Positions 37,607-47,239 of a stretch of DNA of 64,000 nt are shown here, in pieces. The position numbers and the translations under genes are program-made. Source of the stretch: Nitrospinota bacterium (GTDB lineage: Bacteria; Nitrospinota; Nitrospinia; Nitrospinales; Nitrospinaceae). Each line of letters starts with the position of its first letter. Position 1 is the stretch's first letter. The stretch is from the NCBI GenBank assembly GCA_029879645.1, contig JAOUPX010000001.1, forward strand, positions 4,417 to 68,416. The letters run 5' to 3'. A model generated the notes under the pieces. It ran no database searches, was not told the DNA's origin, and was given only the letters and a program-made list of their open reading frames with translations.

Positions 37607-40093
37607 ATGCTTGACTCGACATCATTTCCCGCCTCCCCTTCGCAAGATTCTCAAAATGACAACGGCTCGGAAGACTTAAAAAAGTCCATCCGGAATCACC
37701 TCAAATACTCACAAGCCAGGGATTGGCAATCCTCCTCCCAACTTGATCGATACAACAGTGTAGCGCTGACAGTACGAGACCGGCTGGTGGAGCGTTGGAT
37801 TAACACTCAGAATAAATACCATGAAAAGGACCCCAAGAGGGTTTACTACCTCTCAATGGAATTTCTGGTCGGAAGAGCCTTAATCAATTACCTGGTCAAC
37901 CTGGATTTTAAAAAGGACTTTTATATAGCCCTTAAGGAGCTGGGTATTCGTCTGGAGGACCTGGAAGAAAACGACATCGAAGCAGGACTGGGCAATGGCG
38001 GCCTGGGGCGGCTGGCGGCTTGTTATTTGGATTCCATGGCAACTCTAGGCGTTCCAGCTTACGGGTACGGAATTCGTTACGAATTCGGAATTTTTTACCA
38101 GAAAATAGTCAACGGCTTTCAGGTGGAAACAGCGGACAACTGGCTTCGCAAAGGAAACCCCTGGGAAATTCCCCGTCCGGATTACATCTATCCGGTTAAA
38201 TTTTACGGGACCACACGGCTGGGAACAGATGAAGAGGGGCAACCCGTTTCGGAGTGGGTGGATACTCACGACGACATCATGGCCATGGCCTACGATATTC
38301 CTATTCCGGGTTATCACAATGAAACAGTCAATAATCTGCGTTTATGGGGAGCCCGCTCCACCCGCGAATTCGATTTGGGCGTCTTCAACAAAGGAGACTA
38401 CGTTCAGGCAGTCAGCCGGAAGCAGGATTCAGAAACAATATCCAAAGTCCTCTATCCCAATGATCAAAACATGTGGGGTAAGGAACTTCGCTTAAAACAG
38501 GAGTACTTTTTTGTTTCAGCTTCCCTGCAGGACATCATCCGGCGATACAAAAGGACTCACGCCACCTTTGATAAATTCAGCAGTAAAGTCGCCATTCAGC
38601 TGAATGACGCCCATCCGGCTCTAGCGATTCCGGAGTTGATGCGAATTTTGGTGGATGAAGAACGCCGCCCCTGGGATGAAGCATGGAATATTGCGGTCCA
38701 AACTTTTGGTTATACCAATCACACCGTTCTGCCGGAGGCTCTTGAAAAATGGACGGTGCAATTGCTCGGCCGGGTGCTTCCCCGTCATCTGGAAATCATA
38801 TATGAAATTAATCATCGGCTGATAAAACATGTCCGCAAGAAACATCCGGCAGACCATAAACTTATTGAGCGGATATCGCTGGTGGAGGAGAAGCCGGTTA
38901 AATCGGTCCGCATGTCCAACCTGGCCATTGTTGGCAGTCATGCCGTCAACGGAGTCGCCCAGCTCCACTCGGAAATTTTAAAAACCAAGGTGTTCAAGGA
39001 TTACAGCGACCTGTTTCCAGGCCGGTTTCACAATATCACCAACGGTATCACCCAGCGTCTTTGGTTGAAGTCTTGTAATCCGGAACTGGCCGGGCTGATC
39101 ACGGAAACGGTGGGTGAGGAATGGACCAGAAATCTGGATATACTTCGTCAATTACTCCCCTATGTCAAAGACGAGCCTTTCCGTAAAAGATGGCGGGAAA
39201 TCAAACTCAGCAACAAAAGACGTCTCGCCCGGCATGTTCAAAAGGAACTTTCTATCGAGTTGAACCCGGACTCGTTATTCGATGTTCACATAAAGCGAAT
39301 CCACGAATACAAACGACAACTCCTATGCGCCCTTCATGCTGTCGTCCTTTATAACCGTTTCAAAGAACACCCTTCCCTGGAATGCGTCCCCCGCACGATC
39401 ATCTTTGCCGGAAAAGCGGCGCCGGGTTATGAGATGGCCAAGCTGGTCATCAAACTCATCACCAGTATTGCCGATAAAGTCAATCACGACCCCGAAATAT
39501 CAGACAAACTGAAGGTAGTCTTCATTCCCAATTATAACGTGACAAAGGCCGAATGGATCATTCCCGGTGCGGATTTATCGGAGCAGGTGTCCACTGCCGG
39601 ACATGAGGCTTCGGGAACCGGGAACATGAAGCTGGCATTGAATGGCGCTTTAACTATCGGAACCCTGGACGGCGCCAATATCGAAATCAGAGACCGGGTT
39701 GGTGCGGATAATATATTCATCTTTGGATTAACCGCTGACGAAGTTGAACAAACGAGAAGAGAAAAATACCGGTCCCGAGACTATTATGAATCCAATCCGG
39801 AACTGAAACAGGCGCTCGATATGATTCAGAATGGGTACTTTGCTCCGGATTATCCGCATATTTTTCATCCATTGGTGGATTCTTTGCTGGTTCATGGAGA
39901 CACATATCGCGTTCTTGCGGATTTCGGGGACTATACCCGCACCCAGAAGAAAGTGGAGCAGTTGTATCTGGATACTGAATCGTGGACCCGAAAGTCCATC
40001 ATCAACTCCGCCAATATGGGTTCTTTTTCCAGTGACCGCTCTATCCGGGAGTATTGTCAATTAATCTGGGGGATCAAACCCGAACCTTTCTAG
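37607..40093 (+). CDS. glgP: Glycogen/maltodextrin phosphorylase
   Basis: 828 aa with GLGNGGLGRLAACYLDS and the PLP lysine block EASGTGNMKLALNGALTIGTLDGANIE. Confidence 0.95.
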   Translation: MLDSTSFPASPSQDSQNDNGSEDLKKSIRNHLKYSQARDWQSSSQLDRYNSVALTVRDRLVERWINTQNKYHEKDPKRVYYLSMEFLVGRALINYLVNLDFKKDFYIALKELGIRLEDLEENDIEAGLGNGGLGRLAACYLDSMATLGVPAYGYGIRYEFGIFYQKIVNGFQVETADNWLRKGNPWEIPRPDYIYPVKFYGTTRLGTDEEGQPVSEWVDTHDDIMAMAYDIPIPGYHNETVNNLRLWGARSTREFDLGVFNKGDYVQAVSRKQDSETISKVLYPNDQNMWGKELRLKQEYFFVSASLQDIIRRYKRTHATFDKFSSKVAIQLNDAHPALAIPELMRILVDEERRPWDEAWNIAVQTFGYTNHTVLPEALEKWTVQLLGRVLPRHLEIIYEINHRLIKHVRKKHPADHKLIERISLVEEKPVKSVRMSNLAIVGSHAVNGVAQLHSEILKTKVFKDYSDLFPGRFHNITNGITQRLWLKSCNPELAGLITETVGEEWTRNLDILRQLLPYVKDEPFRKRWREIKLSNKRRLARHVQKELSIELNPDSLFDVHIKRIHEYKRQLLCALHAVVLYNRFKEHPSLECVPRTIIFAGKAAPGYEMAKLVIKLITSIADKVNHDPEISDKLKVVFIPNYNVTKAEWIIPGADLSEQVSTAGHEASGTGNMKLALNGALTIGTLDGANIEIRDRVGADNIFIFGLTADEVEQTRREKYRSRDYYESNPELKQALDMIQNGYFAPDYPHIFHPLVDSLLVHGDTYRVLADFGDYTRTQKKVEQLYLDTESWTRKSIINSANMGSFSSDRSIREYCQLIWGIKPEPF

Positions 40094-40113
40094 TGACTCC
40101 AACCTGTACTTAT

Positions 40114-40782
40114 ATGCTGGTGTTCAAAAAGAATATTTACCTGAGTCCCCTGAGACCCAAAAATCGCTCCGACATCAAAGAATTTCGCGATGAGGAAGAC
40201 CCGAGCCCCCTCCCCTACCATTTCATATTCAGGGCTTTGCACAGCGCTCAGAATCTCCTTTCTGAAATCAGGAAAATGAATGGGCGGGGAATTTCCGGTC
40301 AGCTTGAAATTCTGTTTCCCCATTCCTTTAGTTGGGGTACGACCAAAGATTTAAGCGATCTATCCCAGCAATTATTCTTCGGGCTGACGCACAACCAGAC
40401 CTGGCTTGCCATGAATTGTTATCATCTGTGCTTTCTGTATGATTGCCTTCTGGACGTGGTCGAGGATTACAGTTATAACGATGAAGCGGAACGCCGTGAA
40501 ATGTTTCCTGAAATGGCGGGACAGGCCCTCGATTTCAATCGATTTCTGCTCGAATATTTTTTTAATACCACTTTTTTAATCGCCCCGGAGCGATACAATA
40601 AAATGACCCCCTTGGAAAAAAAACAAATTCTGAGATCACCTGATTTCGGACAGAACTTTCCTGAATTAAAGAGGTTCTCTGATCCGGATGATCCAACCCT
40701 GGCAAAGGTGATTAACCGCCTTCCGCCTGAGCCTGAAGACCTGCCCCTCAAACCCCTGGACCAAAACCCCTATCTGATTTGA
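40114..40782 (+). CDS. Hypothetical protein, paralog of the 54880-55740 product
   Basis: The ATG is 20 nt after the glgP stop. It shares W-x2-MN-x-Y...DC-x7-Y and DF-x6-YF-x4-F blocks at matching spacing with the 286-aa protein. Confidence 0.6.
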   Translation: MLVFKKNIYLSPLRPKNRSDIKEFRDEEDPSPLPYHFIFRALHSAQNLLSEIRKMNGRGISGQLEILFPHSFSWGTTKDLSDLSQQLFFGLTHNQTWLAMNCYHLCFLYDCLLDVVEDYSYNDEAERREMFPEMAGQALDFNRFLLEYFFNTTFLIAPERYNKMTPLEKKQILRSPDFGQNFPELKRFSDPDDPTLAKVINRLPPEPEDLPLKPLDQNPYLI

Positions 40783-40902
40783 GGAATGCTCAATCAATTG
40801 GCATCCCCTCCCGGCAAGTATATTTGCTAGAATACCAACGGCGATGTGGAGTCGAACAGCCACCCGTCTTTTCTGAATCTAACTAATGTAGCTGAGGTTA
40901 TT

Positions 40903-42453
40903 GTGCAGAAAGTTGTTACCGCAAAAGAAATGCAGGCGATCGACCAATCCGCAATCAGGGAGTTTGGTATTCCCGGCCTGGTACTAATGGAAAATGCGGG
41001 GCTGGCGGCGGCATCCATGATCCATGAGAACGTCCCAGACCTCCTGGAGAAAAAAGTCGTTATCGCGTGCGGCAAAGGCAACAATGGCGGCGACGGATTT
41101 GTAATCGCCCGTCATCTGTCCATTGACGGGGTTAACGTGGAAATTCTGTTACTGGGCAAAAGGGTGCAGTTGAAATCAGACGCGCGGGTCAATGCCGACA
41201 TCGCGTTTAAAATGGGAATTCCCATACATGAAGTCACCGAAAAAAACCTTCCCACTCACAACCATCTCTTCCGGCATTGCCACATCATTGTTGACGCCCT
41301 GTTCGGCACCGGGCTTTCCAAACCCGCTGGCGGCCTTTACGAAAAGGTCATCAATAAAATAAATGCCTCCAAAAAATATGTATACGCCGTGGATATCCCT
41401 TCCGGAATAGACTCCGATTCGGGCCAATTGATCGGCCCGCATATAAAAGCGGATATCACCGCCGCGCTGGCATTGCTTAAACGCAGTCATCTCCTGTTCC
41501 CCGCCGCCGAGAGCATGGGAGAAGTCCAGATACTGGATATCAGTATTCCTCCTCAAGCGATCAATACACAGGATATCCCGGTAGCCTGGCTCGAAATGGA
41601 AGATATCCAAATGCTGTTACCCAAGCGGCCCACCAATACCCATAAGGGAGATTATGGCCATGCGCTGGTGATCGCCGGCTCCAAAGGCAAAGGGGGCGCC
41701 GCCGGATTGACTGCACTGGCCGCCTTGCGGGCCGGAGCAGGACTGGTCACCCTGGCAGTTCCCGAATCCTGCTACCAGGCCCTGGAATTCAACCCGCTTG
41801 AAACCATGACTGCCCCCTTGCCGGAAACCAAGAGCGGTTGTATTTCCAACATGGCCCTAGATATCATCCTGAAAAACCTGGAGGGGAAAACCGCGCTGGC
41901 GATCGGTCCGGGAATCTCTACCGAAAAAGAAACCGTTCAATTGCTGGAGACCCTTCTGCCTCTGGTGGAATGTCCGCTGATCATCGATGCCGACGGCATT
42001 AATGCTCTCGGTAAAAGTGGAAAACTCCTGGGGCAAATCCAGGCAGAAACGGTATTAACACCTCATCCCAAGGAAATGTCACGCCTTTCCGGATGGAAGG
42101 TTCAGGATATCCTGAATCATCGCATTGAACGGGCGAGCCGGTTTGCGCAGGATAACGGCGTCACCCTCCTCCTAAAGGGAGCCCGTACCCTGGTGGCCTT
42201 TAACGATGGTACGGTTCTGATCAATCCCACCGGAAATCCTGGAATGGCAACCGCCGGGTCCGGTGACGTCTTGACCGGATTGATCGCCGGGTTGGCCGCT
42301 CAAGGATTAAGCGTGCCATCAGCCACGTCAGCGGGAGCGTTCATCCATGGAATGGCCGGAGACCTGTACGCCGCAGACGAACATGAAATCCCCCTTATAG
42401 CCAGCGATCTCATGAATAACATCCCAAAAGCCATTAAAAGGATTCTATCTTGA
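40903..42453 (+). CDS. nnr: Bifunctional NAD(P)H-hydrate repair enzyme (epimerase plus ADP-dependent dehydratase)
   Basis: GKGNNGGDGFV (YjeF-N) and GPG..T.....L, TPHPKE, GSGDVLTG (carbohydrate-kinase-like C domain). The GTG at 40903 has GAGG 5 nt upstream. The ORF track starts at 40846. Confidence 0.9.
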   Translation: MQKVVTAKEMQAIDQSAIREFGIPGLVLMENAGLAAASMIHENVPDLLEKKVVIACGKGNNGGDGFVIARHLSIDGVNVEILLLGKRVQLKSDARVNADIAFKMGIPIHEVTEKNLPTHNHLFRHCHIIVDALFGTGLSKPAGGLYEKVINKINASKKYVYAVDIPSGIDSDSGQLIGPHIKADITAALALLKRSHLLFPAAESMGEVQILDISIPPQAINTQDIPVAWLEMEDIQMLLPKRPTNTHKGDYGHALVIAGSKGKGGAAGLTALAALRAGAGLVTLAVPESCYQALEFNPLETMTAPLPETKSGCISNMALDIILKNLEGKTALAIGPGISTEKETVQLLETLLPLVECPLIIDADGINALGKSGKLLGQIQAETVLTPHPKEMSRLSGWKVQDILNHRIERASRFAQDNGVTLLLKGARTLVAFNDGTVLINPTGNPGMATAGSGDVLTGLIAGLAAQGLSVPSATSAGAFIHGMAGDLYAADEHEIPLIASDLMNNIPKAIKRILS

Positions 42454-42455
42454 AG

Positions 42456-42938
42456 ATGATGTTTGAAAGCCTCTCAGCAGAAGACACAATGGCCCTGGGA
42501 GAGAAAATTGGCCGCCAATTAAAGGCTGGTGATGTCCTGTTGCTGTTTGGAGAACTGGGCGCCGGCAAAACCACCCTCACTCAAGGTATTGCCCGAGGCC
42601 TGGGAGTCGCTAAAGAAGAATATGTCCGAAGCCCGACCTTTACCCTGGTGAACCAGTACCGCGGCAGATTTCCGGTTTTTCATATTGATCTTTACCGGAT
42701 TGGCTCCGCCCGCGAACTGGAGGATTTGGGAATGGAGGAAGTTTTAGCTGGTGACGGGGTGGCCATCGTGGAATGGGCTGAAAAATTGTTTTCAGATTCT
42801 GCCACTCAGAACCCGCTGCCAGAAATCGAACGATGGATCGAAATTCATATCAAAATAGAAGCGGAAGATTCGAGAAAAATCACTCTAAAAGGTCATAACC
42901 TGGAATCATCCAGCCACCCTGTTTTCACTTTACATTAA
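42456..42938 (+). CDS. tsaE: tRNA t6A37 biosynthesis ATPase TsaE
   Basis: LFGELGAGKTTLTQGIARGLG, SPTFTLVNQY, HIDLYR. Confidence 0.9.
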   Translation: MMFESLSAEDTMALGEKIGRQLKAGDVLLLFGELGAGKTTLTQGIARGLGVAKEEYVRSPTFTLVNQYRGRFPVFHIDLYRIGSARELEDLGMEEVLAGDGVAIVEWAEKLFSDSATQNPLPEIERWIEIHIKIEAEDSRKITLKGHNLESSSHPVFTLH

Positions 42939-42999
42939 ATGTGCATTATGGCAAAATTCAAATTGGTACATCATTTGCATACCCCTGAAAGCTTCCCTC

Positions 43000-43440
43000 A
43001 TGTTTAAAAACAATATCAGAAAAATTCTACTTGGCGTGATTTTTCTATTAATGACGGTATCCATCATTAGTTTGGTTAAGTCATTGAATAAAAAGTCATT
43101 ACCAGTAGAAACGCTTAAAATGATGAGCAAGAATGTCGATATCGAAATTGAAAACTTTAAGGTAACACATGAGGCTTTAGGCAATAAAGATTGGGAAATA
43201 AAGGCTAAGGAAGCAAAGGTTAAAAATGAGGAGAGCAAAATCATATTAACGGATGTAAATGTGACTTTAAATTCGAGCAAAAACCAGAAATCGACCATAT
43301 CTGCTGACTCCGGCACCATAAACCGTGAAACCAAAGATATCCAGCTTGAGGGAAATGTTAAATTTAAATCGGACGTAGACAGTTTTTTTGGTCAACTCCA
43401 GCAGCAAACCAGCGATACCAAAGAACCCGATAACCAATAA
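43000..43440 (+). CDS. lptC: LptC-like LPS export protein (membrane-anchored)
   Basis: A single N-terminal TM helix, then a beta-jellyroll-like repeat pattern (NFKVTH..WEIKAKEAKV..ILTDVNVTL..ISADSGTINRETKDIQLEGNVKF). It sits immediately upstream of lptA-lptB. Confidence 0.65.
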   Translation: MFKNNIRKILLGVIFLLMTVSIISLVKSLNKKSLPVETLKMMSKNVDIEIENFKVTHEALGNKDWEIKAKEAKVKNEESKIILTDVNVTLNSSKNQKSTISADSGTINRETKDIQLEGNVKFKSDVDSFFGQLQQQTSDTKEPDNQ

Positions 43441-43452
43441 AGGATCTATCCC

Positions 43453-44016
43453 TTGCGAATCCTCAGTCCCTTAATCGTGTTTATAGCTCTCTTTTCCTTT
43501 CTCAGCTTGTGCTCCACTCCCGCTTTAGCCGCAAAAGCTAAGGATTCCCTGAAAAATGACCAACAAAAAAATCCCTTAGAAATCCAAGCCGACAAATTAC
43601 AGTCAGAAAATGAGGGCAAAAAATTCGTTTTTTCTGGAAATGTAGTGAGCACCTGGGGAGATCTGATCATAAAATCCGACGTTTTAGAGGTTTATGCAAA
43701 TCCAGAAACCAAAACGGACAGAAAAAAGGCCACTGAAGATATCACCCAGGCGAGTCAGGATCTGGATAAAATTATAGCCATTGGAAATGTGGATATCACA
43801 AAAGGGGATCGAAGGGCTAAAGGTGACCGCGCTCATTATGATAATAAAAAGCAGATCATCGTTATTACCGGAGAACCTAATGCCATTGCCTGGGAAGGAA
43901 CCAATATCATCCGAGGTAAAAAAATGACCTTTATACTGGAGCAGGATTTATTAAAGGTAGAACGTCCAATCCTTAGGATTATGCCCAAAAATCCTCCTCC
44001 GGAAAAAAAGCAATAA
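43453..44016 (+). CDS. lptA: LptA (OstA-like periplasmic LPS transport protein)
   Basis: A signal peptide, then LEIQADKL..FSGNVV..GDLIIKSDVLEVY..GNVDITKGDRRAKGDRAHYD. It has a TTG start. Confidence 0.75.
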   Translation: MRILSPLIVFIALFSFLSLCSTPALAAKAKDSLKNDQQKNPLEIQADKLQSENEGKKFVFSGNVVSTWGDLIIKSDVLEVYANPETKTDRKKATEDITQASQDLDKIIAIGNVDITKGDRRAKGDRAHYDNKKQIIVITGEPNAIAWEGTNIIRGKKMTFILEQDLLKVERPILRIMPKNPPPEKKQ

Positions 44017-44063
44017 CTGTGTCTAATACGGTAAATTTCATGGCCGTTTCCCTATAGAAAACT

Positions 44064-44786
44064 GTGCAAATTCTTAAAGCTCATAATCTGGTCAAAGCCT
44101 ATAAAAACCGGCAAGTAGTTAACCGGGTCAGCATTGAAGTGCGGCAAGGCGAAATTGTTGGCTTGCTTGGGCCCAACGGTGCCGGCAAAACTACCACTTT
44201 TTATATGGTTGTGGGCCTTACCCGGCCCGACCAGGGGCAGGTTTTGCTAGACCAGGAAGATATGACCGCTTACCCTATGTATATGAGGGCTCAGAGGGGC
44301 GTCAGTTACCTGCCTCAGGAACCCTCTATTTTTAGGAAACTAACGGTAGAAGAGAATATTCTGGCGGTTCTGGAACCACAGAAAATACCTCATAAAGCCA
44401 AAATCAAAAAAGTCCACTCCCTGCTGGACGAATTCAATATTGGCCATATTCGGGAAGCCAAGGGATTTTCTCTGTCAGGGGGAGAAAGGCGAAGGGTTGA
44501 AATCAGCCGGGCATTGGCTACCTCACCTTCCTTTATATTATTGGACGAACCTTTTGCGGGAATTGACCCGATAGCGGTATCTGATATTCAATCTATTGTG
44601 GAAAAGCTTAAAACTAAGGGAATCGGCGTATTGATCACGGACCATAACGTTCGCGAGACCTTAAGCATTACCGACCGTGCCTATATCATCAGCGAAGGCA
44701 GGATCATTGCCGCTGGTGATCCCGTCATCGTCGCCAAAGACCCCAAGGTAAGACAAACTTATTTGGGTGAAGAGTTTACCTTTTAA
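44064..44786 (+). CDS. lptB: LPS export ABC transporter ATP-binding protein
   Basis: [51 protein letters not shown]. Confidence 0.95.
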   Translation: MQILKAHNLVKAYKNRQVVNRVSIEVRQGEIVGLLGPNGAGKTTTFYMVVGLTRPDQGQVLLDQEDMTAYPMYMRAQRGVSYLPQEPSIFRKLTVEENILAVLEPQKIPHKAKIKKVHSLLDEFNIGHIREAKGFSLSGGERRRVEISRALATSPSFILLDEPFAGIDPIAVSDIQSIVEKLKTKGIGVLITDHNVRETLSITDRAYIISEGRIIAAGDPVIVAKDPKVRQTYLGEEFTF

Positions 44787-44818
44787 ACAAACCTTAGAAT
44801 TGATTTGAGAGATTGCCT

Positions 44819-46264
44819 ATGGCAATGGAGATGAAATTAAATTTCAAGCATGAAATGCGGCTGGTGCCCACACCAATGCTCCAACAGGCAATCAAGCTTC
44901 TCCAACTCTCGCGTCTGGAACTGGCCCAGGCGGTACATCAGGAAATGATAGAAAACCCCATCCTTGAGGAAATCCTCGAGGAAGAAGAGGAACTGGATCA
45001 CAAAGCGGAAAACCCGGAAGATCCCTCCCTCGATTCCATGGGCCAAACCCAGGATGATTCCCCCTCTCAAAATGAAAATGATCCGCTGGAGTATGAACAG
45101 GATTGGGATAATTATTTTCAGGACAACATTTCTCAGGGAAGTTCCGCAGACAACTACACCGAGAGACCGTCGATAGAAGCGACCTACAAGAAAGAACCGA
45201 CTCTCGCGGACCACCTGATGTGGCAGTTGGACCTTTCCGTTAATGAGGATCTGGACAAATTCATAGGCTCCAGCATCATCGGCAATATCCAAAACGACGG
45301 ATACTGCATTGCAGAATTGAGTGAAATTGCCGAAATAAGCCAGGCCACAGAAGAAGATGTATTAAGAGTCCTTAAAATCATCCAGACCTTCGAACCCAAC
45401 GGAGTAGGCGCACGAACCCTCAAAGAATGCCTTCAAATTCAGGCTAAAGCTCTACCAGAGCGCCTGCCTCTTGTGGAAACCCTGATTGAAAGCTACCTCG
45501 AACGTCTAAACGAGCGCTATTATCAGAAAATCGCTTCAGAACTCAAAATCAAGGTGGAAGAAGTCATCGATGCGGTCAAAACCATCAAAACTCTCGATCC
45601 TAAGCCAGGTCTCCAATTCAGTTCCGAGGGAATAGACTATGTCGTCCCCGACCTTGTCGTGATAAAAACGGAGCAGGGATATGAAGTCTTATTAAGCGAC
45701 GACGGACTTCCCAATGTAAAAATCAGCCCTTATTACCACCATCTTTTGAAAAATACCTCGGAACCCAAAACCAAGGAATACCTCAAGAAAAAGCACCAGG
45801 CCGCAGAGTTTCTAATCAAAAGCATCGACAAAAGGCGGGAAACTATTTACAAGGTTGGGACAAGTATTGTCAAATTGCAGACAGAGTTTCTGGACAACGG
45901 GCTGTCTCATCTCAAACCTATGGTTTTAAAAGATGTGGCGCGGGATATTGAAATGCACGAGTCCACTGTAAGCCGGATTACCACCAACAAATATATAGAC
46001 ACCCCTCAGGGAATCTTTGAGCTAAAGTTCTTTTTTCACAGCGGAATTAAATCGTTTATCGGGAACAATGATATGTCCTCCGTCAGGGTCAAAAGCATGA
46101 TCCAGGAAATTATTAAATCGGAGGACCCACAGAAACCCCTAACCGACGATGAAATGGTGGAAGCTTTAGTTAAGCGAAATGCCAAAATCGCCCGCCGGAC
46201 GGTGACTAAATACCGAAAAGAATTGAATATACTACCAGCTAGCAAGCGAAAAAAAATTTACTGA
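44819..46264 (+). CDS. rpoN: RNA polymerase sigma-54 factor
   Basis: The Gln/Leu-rich region I (LQQAIKLLQLSRLEL), an acidic region II, the HTH and the RpoN box ARRTVTKYR. The exact start (44813, 44819 or 44831) is uncertain. Confidence 0.95.
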   Translation: MAMEMKLNFKHEMRLVPTPMLQQAIKLLQLSRLELAQAVHQEMIENPILEEILEEEEELDHKAENPEDPSLDSMGQTQDDSPSQNENDPLEYEQDWDNYFQDNISQGSSADNYTERPSIEATYKKEPTLADHLMWQLDLSVNEDLDKFIGSSIIGNIQNDGYCIAELSEIAEISQATEEDVLRVLKIIQTFEPNGVGARTLKECLQIQAKALPERLPLVETLIESYLERLNERYYQKIASELKIKVEEVIDAVKTIKTLDPKPGLQFSSEGIDYVVPDLVVIKTEQGYEVLLSDDGLPNVKISPYYHHLLKNTSEPKTKEYLKKKHQAAEFLIKSIDKRRETIYKVGTSIVKLQTEFLDNGLSHLKPMVLKDVARDIEMHESTVSRITTNKYIDTPQGIFELKFFFHSGIKSFIGNNDMSSVRVKSMIQEIIKSEDPQKPLTDDEMVEALVKRNAKIARRTVTKYRKELNILPASKRKKIY

Positions 46265-46348
46265 TCCCGTCTTTCCATCCTTGATATTTTTGTTGTACCA
46301 AGCTAATCTTAAGCCCTTTGTTCAATAAATCTTTCAGGAGAAGTCCCC

Positions 46349-46678
46349 ATGAAATTAACGGTCGCAGGCATTAAAATCAAGATTACTCAGGCGATCGAGG
46401 ATCATTTGCAAAAGAAAATTGAAAAAGTACTCAAAGACCTGCCCGACCTCGCGGATGTCCATGTTGCCCTGCGGGTGGAGAATTATCGGCATTTTGCGGA
46501 AGTGACTGTAAAAACCAAAGGGTTTACAGTACACGGAGAATCCGAAACCAGCGATCTGTATACCTCCATGGATGAAGCTGTAGAAAAAGTAGGAAAGCAG
46601 ATCAAAAAACACCGGGACCGCTCCAAAACTCTCAAGATTAAACAGAATGTCGCAGAAAAAGACAAAATAATCGATTGA
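46349..46678 (+). CDS. hpf: Ribosome hibernation-promoting factor (short HPF/RaiA family)
   Basis: 109 aa with the blocks HGESETSDLYTSMDEAVEKVGKQIKKHRD, in the conserved position after rpoN. Confidence 0.9.
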   Translation: MKLTVAGIKIKITQAIEDHLQKKIEKVLKDLPDLADVHVALRVENYRHFAEVTVKTKGFTVHGESETSDLYTSMDEAVEKVGKQIKKHRDRSKTLKIKQNVAEKDKIID

Positions 46679-46729
46679 CCCGGTATTTAATTACCTTTTC
46701 CCATCCATAAAAATTATTCAGACGGCGGC

Positions 46730-47194
46730 ATGAAAATCAGCGATATTCTTAAAGAAGGCTTTATCATCGCCGATTTAAAGGCCGAAGACAAAACGGAAGC
46801 CTTAAACGAGATTTCGATATTTTTAGAGCGCCAGGGAATCATTCCCGACCATGCTCAGCTACTTCAGGGCCTTTTGAACAGGGAACAACTCGGGAGTACT
46901 GGAATTGGGGATAACATGGCCATTCCCCACGCCAAATCTGAGAATATTGAAGAAATTGTGACGGTTTTTGCCCGCTCACCAAAAGGCCTGGATTTTGAGT
47001 CGCTGGATCGAAAGCCGGTCCACTTCATTTTTATGCTTCTGGCCCCTTCGGCATCCACCGGTTTACATCTTAAAGCCCTGGCCAAAATTGCCCGTTTGTT
47101 TAAGAACCCGTCCCTGCGGGAAAATATTTTAAATGCAGAAAATGCCGGTAAAATATATTCCTTGATGTTGGAAGAAGATTCCAAGATCAGTTAA
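46730..47194 (+). CDS. ptsN: PTS IIA-Ntr (nitrogen-regulatory EIIA)
   Basis: REQLGSTGIGDNMAIPHAK with the phosphorylatable His, in the conserved position after hpf. Confidence 0.9.
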   Translation: MKISDILKEGFIIADLKAEDKTEALNEISIFLERQGIIPDHAQLLQGLLNREQLGSTGIGDNMAIPHAKSENIEEIVTVFARSPKGLDFESLDRKPVHFIFMLLAPSASTGLHLKALAKIARLFKNPSLRENILNAENAGKIYSLMLEEDSKIS

Positions 47195-47239
47195 CCCAGT
47201 CTGTTAAGGGTAAATTATTCACTTATCCAAGAGAGTTTC

